Shown here one piece after another: positions 29,721 through 38,715 of a DNA stretch of 41,334 nt; within the stretch, counting starts at the first letter, position 1; each line of letters starts with the position of its first letter. This stretch comes from Bacilli bacterium (GTDB taxonomy: Bacteria > Bacillota_I > Bacilli_A > RF39 > UBA660). The stretch spans positions 1-41,334 of the forward strand of contig JAAWNF010000004.1 of the NCBI GenBank assembly GCA_022798795.1. The letters are read 5' to 3'. A program made the position numbers and the translations under genes. A model generated the notes under the pieces. It saw only the letters and a list, made by a program, of their open reading frames with translations. It was not told where the DNA came from and ran no database searches.

Positions 29721-30770
29721 ATGAAAAAAGAATATCAGGTAATTATTGTTGGAGCTGGGCCCTCTGGCTTGTCTGCTGCTCTACATTTAAAAAATCTTGG
29801 AATGACAGATATTTTAATAATTGAAAAGGATATATTTCCAAGATACAAGTGTTGTGCTGGTTATATAACAACGAAAACAAGAAAGATATATGAGAACTTA
29901 GGACTTAAATTAGAGAATTGTCATTATACATTAATCAAAGATTTTCATATTTTTTATAAGTATAATAAGAAGCAAACTATTGATAATAGATTTCTGTATA
30001 CCAATAGAAAGATTGACCGAGTAGAACTAGATTATGAATTTTATAAATTAGCAAAAGAAAAGGATGTAGAGTTCTTAGAAGGAATTAAAATAAGGTCGCA
30101 TAATATAGAAAAATCGAAACTTTATTTATCGAATAATCAAACAATTTATTATCAGAATTTAATTTTTGCAGATGGAACTTTAGGGTATGGGAGCAAATAT
30201 CAGACGAATAAAAAACGAAATATAGCCCTTCAACTAACGTTTCCAAGTGAGTATTTTGATGAAATACAAATTCATTTTGGAATTACAAAAAAAGGATATG
30301 GATGGGTAAGTAGTTATCAAGGTATAACCAATGTAGGGTTGACAGATGTATATAATAATCACTATAATTATAGAGAAATATTTTCTGAATTTTTAAAGAA
30401 CTTAAATATTAATATAGATATGGAAAATTTAAAAGGCGCTTTTACACCAATTGGAATTAGAAAGCCGATTATTTATAATAATATTTTTTATATAGGAGAT
30501 GCAGTAGGAGCGTGTGACCCACTTACTTTATCTGGTTTACGATATGGTTTGATGACAGGAGAAAAATGTGCATTGGCAATTGTGAAAAAAAATAATAATA
30601 TTTATAAAAATTGTATTAGACTTCTAAAGTTCCGATTTTTATTTATGAGGATATTACAAAAAATATTTTATGTAAAGTATATTTTATTTTTAGTTTTTAA
30701 TGTAGGATGTCGATATTTTGGCAATTTTATTAGTTTTATTTTTAATAATTTTTTTGTTAATAAAAAGTAA
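29721..30770 (+). CDS. FAD-dependent oxidoreductase, geranylgeranyl reductase/FixC family
   Basis: Motifs IVGAGPSG, EKDIFPRYKCCAG, RVELD, ADG, GYGWV and IGDAVGACDPLTLSG. ATG 29721 after AGGAG. Confidence 0.85.
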   Translation: MKKEYQVIIVGAGPSGLSAALHLKNLGMTDILIIEKDIFPRYKCCAGYITTKTRKIYENLGLKLENCHYTLIKDFHIFYKYNKKQTIDNRFLYTNRKIDRVELDYEFYKLAKEKDVEFLEGIKIRSHNIEKSKLYLSNNQTIYYQNLIFADGTLGYGSKYQTNKKRNIALQLTFPSEYFDEIQIHFGITKKGYGWVSSYQGITNVGLTDVYNNHYNYREIFSEFLKNLNINIDMENLKGAFTPIGIRKPIIYNNIFYIGDAVGACDPLTLSGLRYGLMTGEKCALAIVKKNNNIYKNCIRLLKFRFLFMRILQKIFYVKYILFLVFNVGCRYFGNFISFIFNNFFVNKK

Positions 30771-30803
30771 TATATTTATAAAATAGAGGAGTGAAATGAA
30801 GAA

Positions 30804-31466
30804 ATGAAAATGATTAGTAAACATATAAAAGAGTATATAGAAAGTGAGATTTTATCTCAATATAGTTCTAATATTGGAGGGCATGGAATCGACCATATAA
30901 AGACTGTGATTACAAGAAGTTTTGAAATTGTAGAAGAGTTTGGCTTAGATTTAGATTGGGATATGGTTTATGTAATAGCTGCATTTCATGATATTGGATA
31001 TAAGCAAGACCCTGATAATCATGAACAAGTATCTGCAGATATATTGAGTAAGGATTCATTTTTGAATCAAAATTTTGATTCAGAAAAAATAAAGATTATG
31101 AGTGAAGCAATTATTGATCATAGAGCAAGTTTAGAATATGAAGCAAGAAGTAAATATGGGAAGGTAGTATCTTCTGCAGATAGAGAAATTTCTGTTAGGA
31201 ATATGTTAGAACGTTCTTTATTATTTCAAAAAGATAAGCATATAGGAGAAAATCCAACATTAGACCAAGTAATTGAATATTCATTTAAAAAATTATCAAG
31301 TAAATATGGTAAAAATGGATATGCAAAAATGTATTATCCTGACCAAAAGTATAAAGATTATTTAAGAGAGATGCAATCACTTTTAAGTGATAAAATATTA
31401 TTCACAGAAAGAGAAAAACAAATTGCACAGGAAATAGATTTATTTGGCTATCAGAAGAAAAAATAA
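30804..31466 (+). CDS. HD-domain phosphohydrolase
   Basis: Motifs GHGIDH, AAFHDIG, HEQVSA, DHRAS and SSADR. Confidence 0.85.
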   Translation: MKMISKHIKEYIESEILSQYSSNIGGHGIDHIKTVITRSFEIVEEFGLDLDWDMVYVIAAFHDIGYKQDPDNHEQVSADILSKDSFLNQNFDSEKIKIMSEAIIDHRASLEYEARSKYGKVVSSADREISVRNMLERSLLFQKDKHIGENPTLDQVIEYSFKKLSSKYGKNGYAKMYYPDQKYKDYLREMQSLLSDKILFTEREKQIAQEIDLFGYQKKK

Positions 31467-31524
31467 TAATTCTTCTGTTTTTTTTAAATACATGATATAC
31501 TAAATGTGAAAGATTGGTGTATTT

Positions 31525-32610
31525 ATGAAAAAATTGTTGTATTATGTTGTTTTTGGATTATTATTTTTGTTACCAACCTCTGTGAAAGCAGATGTAGCAA
31601 TAAAATCAACATCGTTAAATGGACCATTGAGTGTAGAAGAAGGGTCATCATTTACAATGACTGTAAATGTGAATGTTTCTGGATTAAGTAAACTTCCCAA
31701 TTCGTCTCAGGGTATTGCATCAGCAATATTTGCTTTTGGGATGGATGAAGATGTGTTTATACTAGAGTCAGTTTCTGCAGAAGGATTTGAATCAATTGCT
31801 CAAAAAGTAGATGGTGTGTATTATATATTGAGTCAGTCATTGCAAAATAATAATTGTGGCTCAGGAATGTTATATTGTGGAGATTATAAAGTTGAATTAA
31901 AATTTTATGTAAAAAATACAACTTTGAATTCATCTGTAATTACATTAGGAGAAGTAGCAATGGGATTTATTGATGTGGAAACTTATCAAACAGAAGATGA
32001 TATTATTGTTAGACGTTATGATGAATATAAACCACATTCAATTGTGATAAATCATAAAAAGGAATCAGCAGTCGTAGAATCACCAAAAACCATAGTAGAA
32101 GAACAAAAAGAAAAGCCAAAAGTGACAGAGAAGCCAGTGGCCCCAAAAAAAGAGATACCAAAATCATCAAATGCTTTATTAAAATCAATAGTAGTAGAAA
32201 ATTATAATGTTGACTTTGATACATATTTATTAGAATATACATTAGAAGTAGAAGAAGGTGTTAATAGTCTTTCAATAAAGGCGGAAGTAGAAGATGAAAA
32301 AGCGAACTATAAAATTATAGGAGCAGAAGATTTAAAGAAAAATGAGAACAAAGTGTTGATAGAAGTGACTGCAGAAAATGGGAATAAAAAAGTTTATACA
32401 ATTAATACGAAAATAAAAGAGCAGACAAAAGAAGTGGAAAAGATTGTAGAGAAAACAGAAATTGAAACTCAAGAAAAAGTGACAGTAAATAAAAAATTTG
32501 TAACATATATCATAATTTTCTTTGGTGGGATTGTAGGTTTAGTAATAATTGGATTTATTATTTCAAAAATAAGAAATAGAAAACTTAATAAAATGTTAGA
32601 TGAATTATAA
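31525..32610 (+). CDS. Membrane-anchored surface protein with cadherin-like beta-sandwich domain
   Basis: Signal peptide ending VKA; beta-rich N-domain; K/E/P linker; KSSNALLKSI...IEVTAENGNKKVYTI; C-terminal TM helix and basic tail. Confidence 0.8.
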   Translation: MKKLLYYVVFGLLFLLPTSVKADVAIKSTSLNGPLSVEEGSSFTMTVNVNVSGLSKLPNSSQGIASAIFAFGMDEDVFILESVSAEGFESIAQKVDGVYYILSQSLQNNNCGSGMLYCGDYKVELKFYVKNTTLNSSVITLGEVAMGFIDVETYQTEDDIIVRRYDEYKPHSIVINHKKESAVVESPKTIVEEQKEKPKVTEKPVAPKKEIPKSSNALLKSIVVENYNVDFDTYLLEYTLEVEEGVNSLSIKAEVEDEKANYKIIGAEDLKKNENKVLIEVTAENGNKKVYTINTKIKEQTKEVEKIVEKTEIETQEKVTVNKKFVTYIIIFFGGIVGLVIIGFIISKIRNRKLNKMLDEL

Positions 32611-32647
32611 GGATATCTATTTTGATATCTTTTTTAAAGGAGAGTTT

Positions 32648-33280
32648 ATGAAATATTATAAAGGAAATTTATTAAAACATGAAGTAACAACCATTGCAGA
32701 GGACATAAAAAAAGGAAAGATATTTGTTTTTCCAACAGAAACAGTATATGGTTTAGGAACAAATGCCTATAGAGAAGAATCTTGTAAACAGATTTATGAA
32801 ATAAAAAAGCGCCCAGCATGGAAGCCCTTAATAGTATTAATATCAGATATTGAAATGCTAAATGATTTGGTAAAAGAGATTAATGAAATTGAGAAAAAAC
32901 TAATAGATACATTTTGGCCTGGTTCTCTTACTATTGTTTTTCAAAAAAAGGAGAATTCATTAATTTCTAAATATGTAAGTGCAGGATTAGATACCCTCGG
33001 AATTCGTATGACAGACGGTGAGATTATTCGAGCAATTATAAAAGAAGCAAATGTGCCAATAGTGGCCCCAAGTGCTAATTTATCAGGATTATCTGATGGC
33101 ACAAAAATAAATGAAATTATAGAAGAAATTGGAAATGATATAGATGGAATTGTAGATATTGGAGATATTTCTGATTCGATTCCCTCTACTCTTGTGCAAG
33201 TGATAGGTAATAAAATTAACGTTTTAAGGGAAGGTAAAATTTCCAAAGCAAAGTTATCAGAAATAGCAGAAATATTATAA
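32648..33280 (+). CDS. tsaC: L-threonylcarbamoyladenylate synthase (TsaC/YrdC, short form)
   Basis: Motifs FPTETVYGLG, IKKRP..KPLIV, FWPGSLT, APSANLSG, PST and LREG. ATG 32648 after AAGGAGAG. Confidence 0.93.
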   Translation: MKYYKGNLLKHEVTTIAEDIKKGKIFVFPTETVYGLGTNAYREESCKQIYEIKKRPAWKPLIVLISDIEMLNDLVKEINEIEKKLIDTFWPGSLTIVFQKKENSLISKYVSAGLDTLGIRMTDGEIIRAIIKEANVPIVAPSANLSGLSDGTKINEIIEEIGNDIDGIVDIGDISDSIPSTLVQVIGNKINVLREGKISKAKLSEIAEIL

Positions 33281-33307
33281 ATATGATATAATAAAATTGG
33301 TGATAAT

Positions 33308-33727
33308 ATGGGAAAGTTTTGTACAAATTGTGGAACGCAATTAAAAGATAATGCTGATGTTTGTTTAAATTGTGGTGCTCAGACACATGCGAATGAATTC
33401 AGTGGAAGCTGGAGTAACCAAGTAAGAGAATTAGTTATAACACATAATATGGAAGAAACAACAGAAATTGTTTTAAAGGCAATTCATGATGTAAAACCTT
33501 TTAAAGTAAAAAGAGTGGATTCAGAGGAACATATGATTTATGTAAATGTTCGTATGTCTATGTTTTCTTATGGAGAAATATTAACAGTTCATTTAAATAG
33601 AATGGATGATAATAAAACAGTATTGTCTTTTAATAGTAGAAGTAAATTAGGAACGGAAATTGCTGCTAATTCAAAAAATAAAAAGAATATTGAAATGTTA
33701 ATTAATGCAATAAATCAGTATATCTAA
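33308..33727 (+). CDS. Zinc-ribbon domain protein
   Basis: N-terminal FCTNCG...VCLNCG, followed by an alpha/beta domain (SMFSYGE..V). Confidence 0.8.
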   Translation: MGKFCTNCGTQLKDNADVCLNCGAQTHANEFSGSWSNQVRELVITHNMEETTEIVLKAIHDVKPFKVKRVDSEEHMIYVNVRMSMFSYGEILTVHLNRMDDNKTVLSFNSRSKLGTEIAANSKNKKNIEMLINAINQYI

Positions 33728-33749
33728 GCAAGTAATACTTGCTTTTTTT
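33726..33749 (+). terminator. Terminator after zinc-ribbon gene
   Basis: AAGCAAGT-aat-ACTTGCTT-TTTTT. Confidence 0.8.
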
Positions 33750-34006
33750 GAATGGGAAAAATTTAATAATTTATCTTAATTATTTCAATATATATTTTGA
33801 CCTTTTAAAACAAAAAGGTATTGTAAAAGAATTAAAAAAGTCAAAGGATGTTTAGATATTGATAAGTAAAAAATAGAAAAAATATATAAATAAGGGAAGT
33901 TCAGCAGATGTTCTTGTCTTGTTTAATATTGATAAAAATGATAAAATAGATAAGAATTTTAAGTACATTGAATGGGACAATGAATAAAAAATAATAGGAG
34001 GGTAAT

Positions 34007-35962
34007 ATGTTTGAACTAGTATCAAAATATAAGCCAAATGGTGATCAGCCCGAGGCGATAAAAAACCTGGTAAATGGAATAAAGGAAGGAAGAAAGCATC
34101 AAGTTTTATTGGGAGCAACTGGAACAGGGAAAACTTTTACAATTGCAAATGTAATTGAGCAAACAGGAAAAAAAACATTAGTGCTAGCTCATAACAAGAC
34201 TTTAGCAGGACAGTTATATTCAGAATTAAAAGAATTATTTCCGAATAATCATGTTGAATATTTCGTTTCCTATTATGATTATTATCAGCCAGAAGCATAT
34301 GTTGCAAAAACAGATACTTATATTGAAAAAGATGCTTCTATCAATGATGAAATTGATGAATTAAGACATGCTGCAACTTCTTCTTTACTTAATTTTGATG
34401 ATGTAATTGTAGTAGCGTCGGTTTCTTGTATTTATGGAATTGGTGAAATAGAAGAATATAAAAATAAAATGTTAACTATTTTTTCAGGACAACAAGTTGA
34501 TAGGAATTATGTTATTGAGAAGTTGGTAGATATGCTTTATGAAAGAAGCAATTTAGATTTGAAAAGGGGAAGCTTTAGAGTACGTGGAGATATTTTAGAA
34601 ATTATTCCTGTTAATCAGCATGGAAAAGGAATACGAGTAGATTTTTTTGGGGAAGAAGTAGAGCAAATCTGTGAATTTGATACATTAACAGGAATCGTTT
34701 TATCAAAGAAAAAAAGTATTAGTATATTTCCAGCTAGTCATTTTGTAACCAGTGAAGAAAAACTAAAATTAGCAGTTGTAAATATAAAAAAAGAATTAGA
34801 AGAAAGACTAGAAGAATTTAAAAAAGAAAATAAATTGTTAGAACATCAACGATTAATGGAAAGAACAAACTATGATATTGAAATGCTTTCAGAAACAGGA
34901 GTCTGTAGAGGTGTAGAAAATTATTCTAGACATTTAGCACTTAAAAAACCGGGAGAAACACCAACTACATTAATTGATTTTTTTGGAGATGATTATTTAC
35001 TTGTAATTGATGAGTCTCATGTGACAGTTCCACAGGTACGCGGGATGTTTAATGGTGACCAAGCAAGAAAGCAAGTATTAGTAGATTTTGGTTTTCGTTT
35101 ACCCTCAGCAATGGATAATCGACCACTTCGTTTTTCAGAATTTGAAAATAAAATATCACAAGTTGTTTATGTTTCAGCTACCCCAGGTGATTATGAGTTA
35201 GAAAAGAGTGAGGGACAAGTTATAGAACAAATTATTCGTCCAACTGGCTTGTTAGACCCAACAATTGAAGTCAGAAAAACATCAGGGCAAATTGATAATT
35301 TAGTAGAAGAAATTCAAAAACAAATAGATAAAAATGAGAGAACTTTAATTACGACTTTAACAATTCGTATGGCAGAAGAATTAACAGATTATTTAAAAAA
35401 ATTGGATATGAAAGTAGCTTATTTACATAGTGAGATAAAAACTTTGGAACGTCTTCGAATTATTAGAGATTTAAGATTAGGGAAATATGATGTAGTAGTA
35501 GGAATTAATTTGCTTAGAGAGGGGATTGATATTCCAGAAGTAAGTTTGATTGCAATCATGGATGCGGATAAACAAGGATTCCTAAGAAGTGAACGAAGTT
35601 TAATTCAGACGATTGGTAGAGCAGCAAGAAATGAAAATGGACGTGTAATTATGTACGCCGACCATATGAGCGAGGCAATGGAATATGCAATAAAAGAAAC
35701 AGAACGAAGAAGAAGCATTCAAGAAGAATATAATCAGAAACATCATATTGTTCCAAAGACAATTATAAAAGAAATTAGGGAATTGATTTCGAATAATCAA
35801 GAAATAGAAGAGAAAAAGCCTGAAAAATTAAGTAAACAAGAATTAAATTCATTAATTCAGAATGTAGAATCTGAAATGAGAGAGGCAGCGAAAAATCTTG
35901 ATTTTGAACGTGCAACTGAATTAAGAGACATTTTATTTGAACTCAAAGGGGAGAGAAAGTAG
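34007..35962 (+). CDS. uvrB: Excinuclease ABC subunit B
   Basis: Motifs [22 protein letters not shown] and QTIGRAAR; C-terminal UVR domain. Confidence 0.99.
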   Translation: MFELVSKYKPNGDQPEAIKNLVNGIKEGRKHQVLLGATGTGKTFTIANVIEQTGKKTLVLAHNKTLAGQLYSELKELFPNNHVEYFVSYYDYYQPEAYVAKTDTYIEKDASINDEIDELRHAATSSLLNFDDVIVVASVSCIYGIGEIEEYKNKMLTIFSGQQVDRNYVIEKLVDMLYERSNLDLKRGSFRVRGDILEIIPVNQHGKGIRVDFFGEEVEQICEFDTLTGIVLSKKKSISIFPASHFVTSEEKLKLAVVNIKKELEERLEEFKKENKLLEHQRLMERTNYDIEMLSETGVCRGVENYSRHLALKKPGETPTTLIDFFGDDYLLVIDESHVTVPQVRGMFNGDQARKQVLVDFGFRLPSAMDNRPLRFSEFENKISQVVYVSATPGDYELEKSEGQVIEQIIRPTGLLDPTIEVRKTSGQIDNLVEEIQKQIDKNERTLITTLTIRMAEELTDYLKKLDMKVAYLHSEIKTLERLRIIRDLRLGKYDVVVGINLLREGIDIPEVSLIAIMDADKQGFLRSERSLIQTIGRAARNENGRVIMYADHMSEAMEYAIKETERRRSIQEEYNQKHHIVPKTIIKEIRELISNNQEIEEKKPEKLSKQELNSLIQNVESEMREAAKNLDFERATELRDILFELKGERK

Positions 35963-35977
35963 TCTCTCTTTTGTTTT
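35951..35977 (+). terminator. Terminator after uvrB
   Basis: GAGAGA-aagtag-TCTCTC-TTTTGTTTT. Confidence 0.7.
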
Positions 35978-36104
35978 CAATGTACAATAACTATCATTAT
36001 ATAGAAATAATTTATTTATTAATAAAATGCAAGTATATAGATGTGTCATTTTTATTTAGAAATTTAATAATATTATGCTATAATAGAAATGGAGATGGTA
36101 AAAG

Positions 36105-36512
36105 ATGTCAAAGAAACAATTAAAGGCAACTCTTTTATTGGAATGGTTATTACATATGGTTGCATATGGCTTGATATTGATTAGTGCATCTGTTCTTTTT
36201 AGCAAAACAATTTCAATTGATAATTCTTATTTTGGTTTTTGGGGATTATTAGCAGCAGTAATTATTTATGGACTTAACAGGACTGTAAAACCGTTTTTAG
36301 TTTGGCTTACGATTCCAATAACAGGACTTACATTAGGACTTTTTTATCCATTTATTAATGTATTAATTTTAAATATGGTAGATTGGATTTTAGGAAGTCA
36401 TTTTGAAATCCATGGATTATGGATGTCATTTATAGTTGCTATATTGATTTCTATTATGAATGAGGTTGTAAATGACTATGTTATAAAACCATTAATTAAG
36501 AAAGAGGGATAG
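36105..36512 (+). CDS. YvlD-like 4-TM membrane protein (phage holin 4 family, chromosomal)
   Basis: LN.TVKP...LTIPI..LTLGLF...IN pattern; upstream of lgt as in Bacilli. Confidence 0.85.
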   Translation: MSKKQLKATLLLEWLLHMVAYGLILISASVLFSKTISIDNSYFGFWGLLAAVIIYGLNRTVKPFLVWLTIPITGLTLGLFYPFINVLILNMVDWILGSHFEIHGLWMSFIVAILISIMNEVVNDYVIKPLIKKEG

Positions 36513-36513
36513 T

Positions 36514-37323
36514 ATGAATGCGGTGTTATTAGATTTAGGAGTTATTAAAATATATTGGTATTCAGTAATTATGTTTTTCGCAATTCTTATAGGAGGTTCT
36601 TTGGCTTTAAAAGAGTCTAAAAAGTGGAAAATACCGGAAGATTTTATGGTAAATTTATTTTTCTTTATTATTCCAATCGCGCTAATTGGAGCTAGATTGT
36701 ATTTTGTTGCCTTTCATTGGGATTTTTATGGAAATCATTTGTTAGATATTTTTAAAGTTTGGGAAGGTGGATTAGCGATTCATGGTGGAATTATAGCAGG
36801 GTTGATATTTATTATTCTTTATGGAAGGAAGTATAAAATAAATATAAAGAGGCTTGTCGATATTATTGTAGTTAGTCTATTATTAGGTCAAGCGATAGGA
36901 AGATGGGGGAATTTTTTCAATGGAGAAGCACATGGTGCGGTGACATCATTGGAAGCACTAAAATGGTTGCCTGAATTTATTAGAGAAGGGATGCATATTA
37001 ATGGTGTGTATTATCAACCTACCTTTCTTTATGAATCTTTATGGTGTTTAATTGGTTTTGCATTGGCTTTAGTTATTAGAAAATGGTCATATTTAAAAAT
37101 TGGAAATTTAACTAGTTTTTATTTAATATGGTATGGAATCGGCAGATTTTTTATAGAAGGTTTTAGAACTGATAGTTTGATGTTGGGCAATCTCAAAATG
37201 GCTCAAATTGTATCGATTGGAATGATTGTAATAGGAATTGTCTATCTATTGATATGTTATAAAGGTTCTAAGTTTGATAATCGATATAATGATAAGGAGA
37301 ATGTGGAACATGTCATATTTTGA
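36514..37323 (+). CDS. lgt: Prolipoprotein diacylglyceryl transferase
   Basis: Motifs IYWYS, GARLYF, WEGGLAIHGG, GRWGNFFNGE, PTFLYES and RFFIE. Confidence 0.98.
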   Translation: MNAVLLDLGVIKIYWYSVIMFFAILIGGSLALKESKKWKIPEDFMVNLFFFIIPIALIGARLYFVAFHWDFYGNHLLDIFKVWEGGLAIHGGIIAGLIFIILYGRKYKINIKRLVDIIVVSLLLGQAIGRWGNFFNGEAHGAVTSLEALKWLPEFIREGMHINGVYYQPTFLYESLWCLIGFALALVIRKWSYLKIGNLTSFYLIWYGIGRFFIEGFRTDSLMLGNLKMAQIVSIGMIVIGIVYLLICYKGSKFDNRYNDKENVEHVIF

Positions 37324-38224
37324 TTGTATAGTGATAGGGGCAGGAGTAGCAGGAATGACTTCTGCTATTTATTTAAAAAGATATAATTTAGATGTATTGT
37401 TGATTGAGAAAGGAGCTCCTGGTGGGCAAATTACACAGACACCTAATGTGGAAAATTATCCAGGCTACTCTAGCATAGATGGAGCTTCGTTAGCTCTCAA
37501 TATTTTTTCTCAAGTAAATCATCTTGGAGTATCCTATCAATATGGAAATGTAATTAAAATTGAGAATTTAGACGAAAGAAAAATTGTTTATACAGATAAT
37601 GGAATTTATGAAACAAAAAGTATTATTATAGCGTCAGGACGAAAACCTAAAAAGTTAGGCTTAGAAAAAGAAAATCAATTAATAGGAAATGGGATAAGTT
37701 GGTGTGCTACTTGTGATGGAATGTTTTATAAAAATCAGCATGTAGCAGTAATTGGTGGGGGGAATAGTGCAATAGAAGAGGCTTTATTTCTCTCTGAAAT
37801 TTGTGAAAAAGTGGATGTTTTGTATCGTGGAGAAAATTTAAGAGCAGATGCAGTGTTACAGCAAAAAGTATTTGAAAAAAATAACATAGAGATTCATTAT
37901 AATACGGAAGTACAAGAGTTGATAGAAGAAAAAAATAAGCTTATGGGAATAAAAGTAGAGAAAAAAGAAAATATAGAGACGATATGGATAGAAGGATTAT
38001 TTATTTATATTGGATATGAACCAGATACAGATTTTTTGTCAAATTTAAATTTGAAATTTGAAAATCAATATATAGTTGTGAATGAAAATATGGAAACTAA
38101 TATTTCAGGGGTTTATGCTTGTGGAGATGTAATAAAAAAAGAACTATACCAATTAACAACAGCAGTAGGAGAAGCAAGTTTAGCTGCTTATCAAGTAAAA
38201 AAATTTTTAGAAAATGTAAAATAG
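37310..38224 (+). CDS. trxB: Thioredoxin-disulfide reductase
   Basis: Motifs IGAGVAG, VENYPG, CATCDG, GGGNSA and GVYACGD. ATG 37310 after AAGGAG. Confidence 0.93.
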   Translation: MSYFDCIVIGAGVAGMTSAIYLKRYNLDVLLIEKGAPGGQITQTPNVENYPGYSSIDGASLALNIFSQVNHLGVSYQYGNVIKIENLDERKIVYTDNGIYETKSIIIASGRKPKKLGLEKENQLIGNGISWCATCDGMFYKNQHVAVIGGGNSAIEEALFLSEICEKVDVLYRGENLRADAVLQQKVFEKNNIEIHYNTEVQELIEEKNKLMGIKVEKKENIETIWIEGLFIYIGYEPDTDFLSNLNLKFENQYIVVNENMETNISGVYACGDVIKKELYQLTTAVGEASLAAYQVKKFLENVK

Positions 38225-38230
38225 TTGTAA

Positions 38231-38277
38231 AAAAAAGAACATTTAAGGATAAAAATCAAAAAAATGTTCTTTTTTTT
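38231..38277. terminator. Inverted repeat between convergent trxB and XRE genes
   Basis: AAAAAAGAACATTT...AAATGTTCTTTTTT with a large (~18 nt) loop. Confidence 0.5.
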
Positions 38278-38341
38278 ATAAAGTGGGGAATACTGATTTT
38301 AGAACAAGAATGTATTTAGCCTTTTAAAGACTAAGAAAAAA

Positions 38342-38578
38342 TTATTTTCCGCTTTTATTTTTTAAAAAGATTTTATCTCCATCAGTACCACCTTCTACTA
38401 AATAGTCTACAGAAACATTATATAATTTTGATAAATTAATTAGACAAGAAACTGGTATTTCTCGAACCCCATTTTCGTATCTACTATAAACAACTCTGTG
38501 GATATTTAGATAGGTAGCAACATATTGTTGCGTGAAGTCGTGGTCTTCACGTAAATTTTTAATTCTCTTGAAATGCAT
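38342..38578 (-). CDS. XRE-family HTH transcriptional regulator
   Basis: RIKNLREDHDFTQQYVA..L...YSRYENG.REIP...YNVSVDYLV. ATG 38578 after AGGTGG. Confidence 0.93.
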   Translation of the reverse strand: MHFKRIKNLREDHDFTQQYVATYLNIHRVVYSRYENGVREIPVSCLINLSKLYNVSVDYLVEGGTDGDKIFLKNKSGK

Positions 38579-38590
38579 AAGTACCACCTA

Positions 38591-38688
38591 TTGACATTGT
38601 ATCCGTTTGGTAATATAATATACTAAATTGTAACCATATGGTTTCCAAAAACCTATTTTTTGCTCTTTTGTGTAACTAAGTGGTGACA
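38591..38688 (+). promoter_or_regulatory. Consensus sigmaA promoter with three imperfect palindromic operators (TGTAACC-N4-GGTTACA)
   Basis: TTGACA 38591-38596 -17nt- TATAAT 38614-38619; sites at 38598-38615, 38629-38646 and 38671-38688. Confidence 0.75.
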
Positions 38689-38715
38689 ATAGTAGAAAGG
38701 ATAAGGAGTTTTAGT

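Noticed and set aside
33796-33845. Imperfect inverted repeat TTTGACCTTTTAA...TTAAAAAAGTCAAA upstream of uvrB as a MITE or sRNA
   Set aside because: It is short, AT-rich and single-copy with no target duplication; it could be an operator but nothing supports that.
36105-36512. Holin-family gene plus nearby XRE as evidence for a prophage
   Set aside because: YvlD-type proteins are chromosomal genes syntenic with lgt, and no integrase, terminase or structural genes are present.
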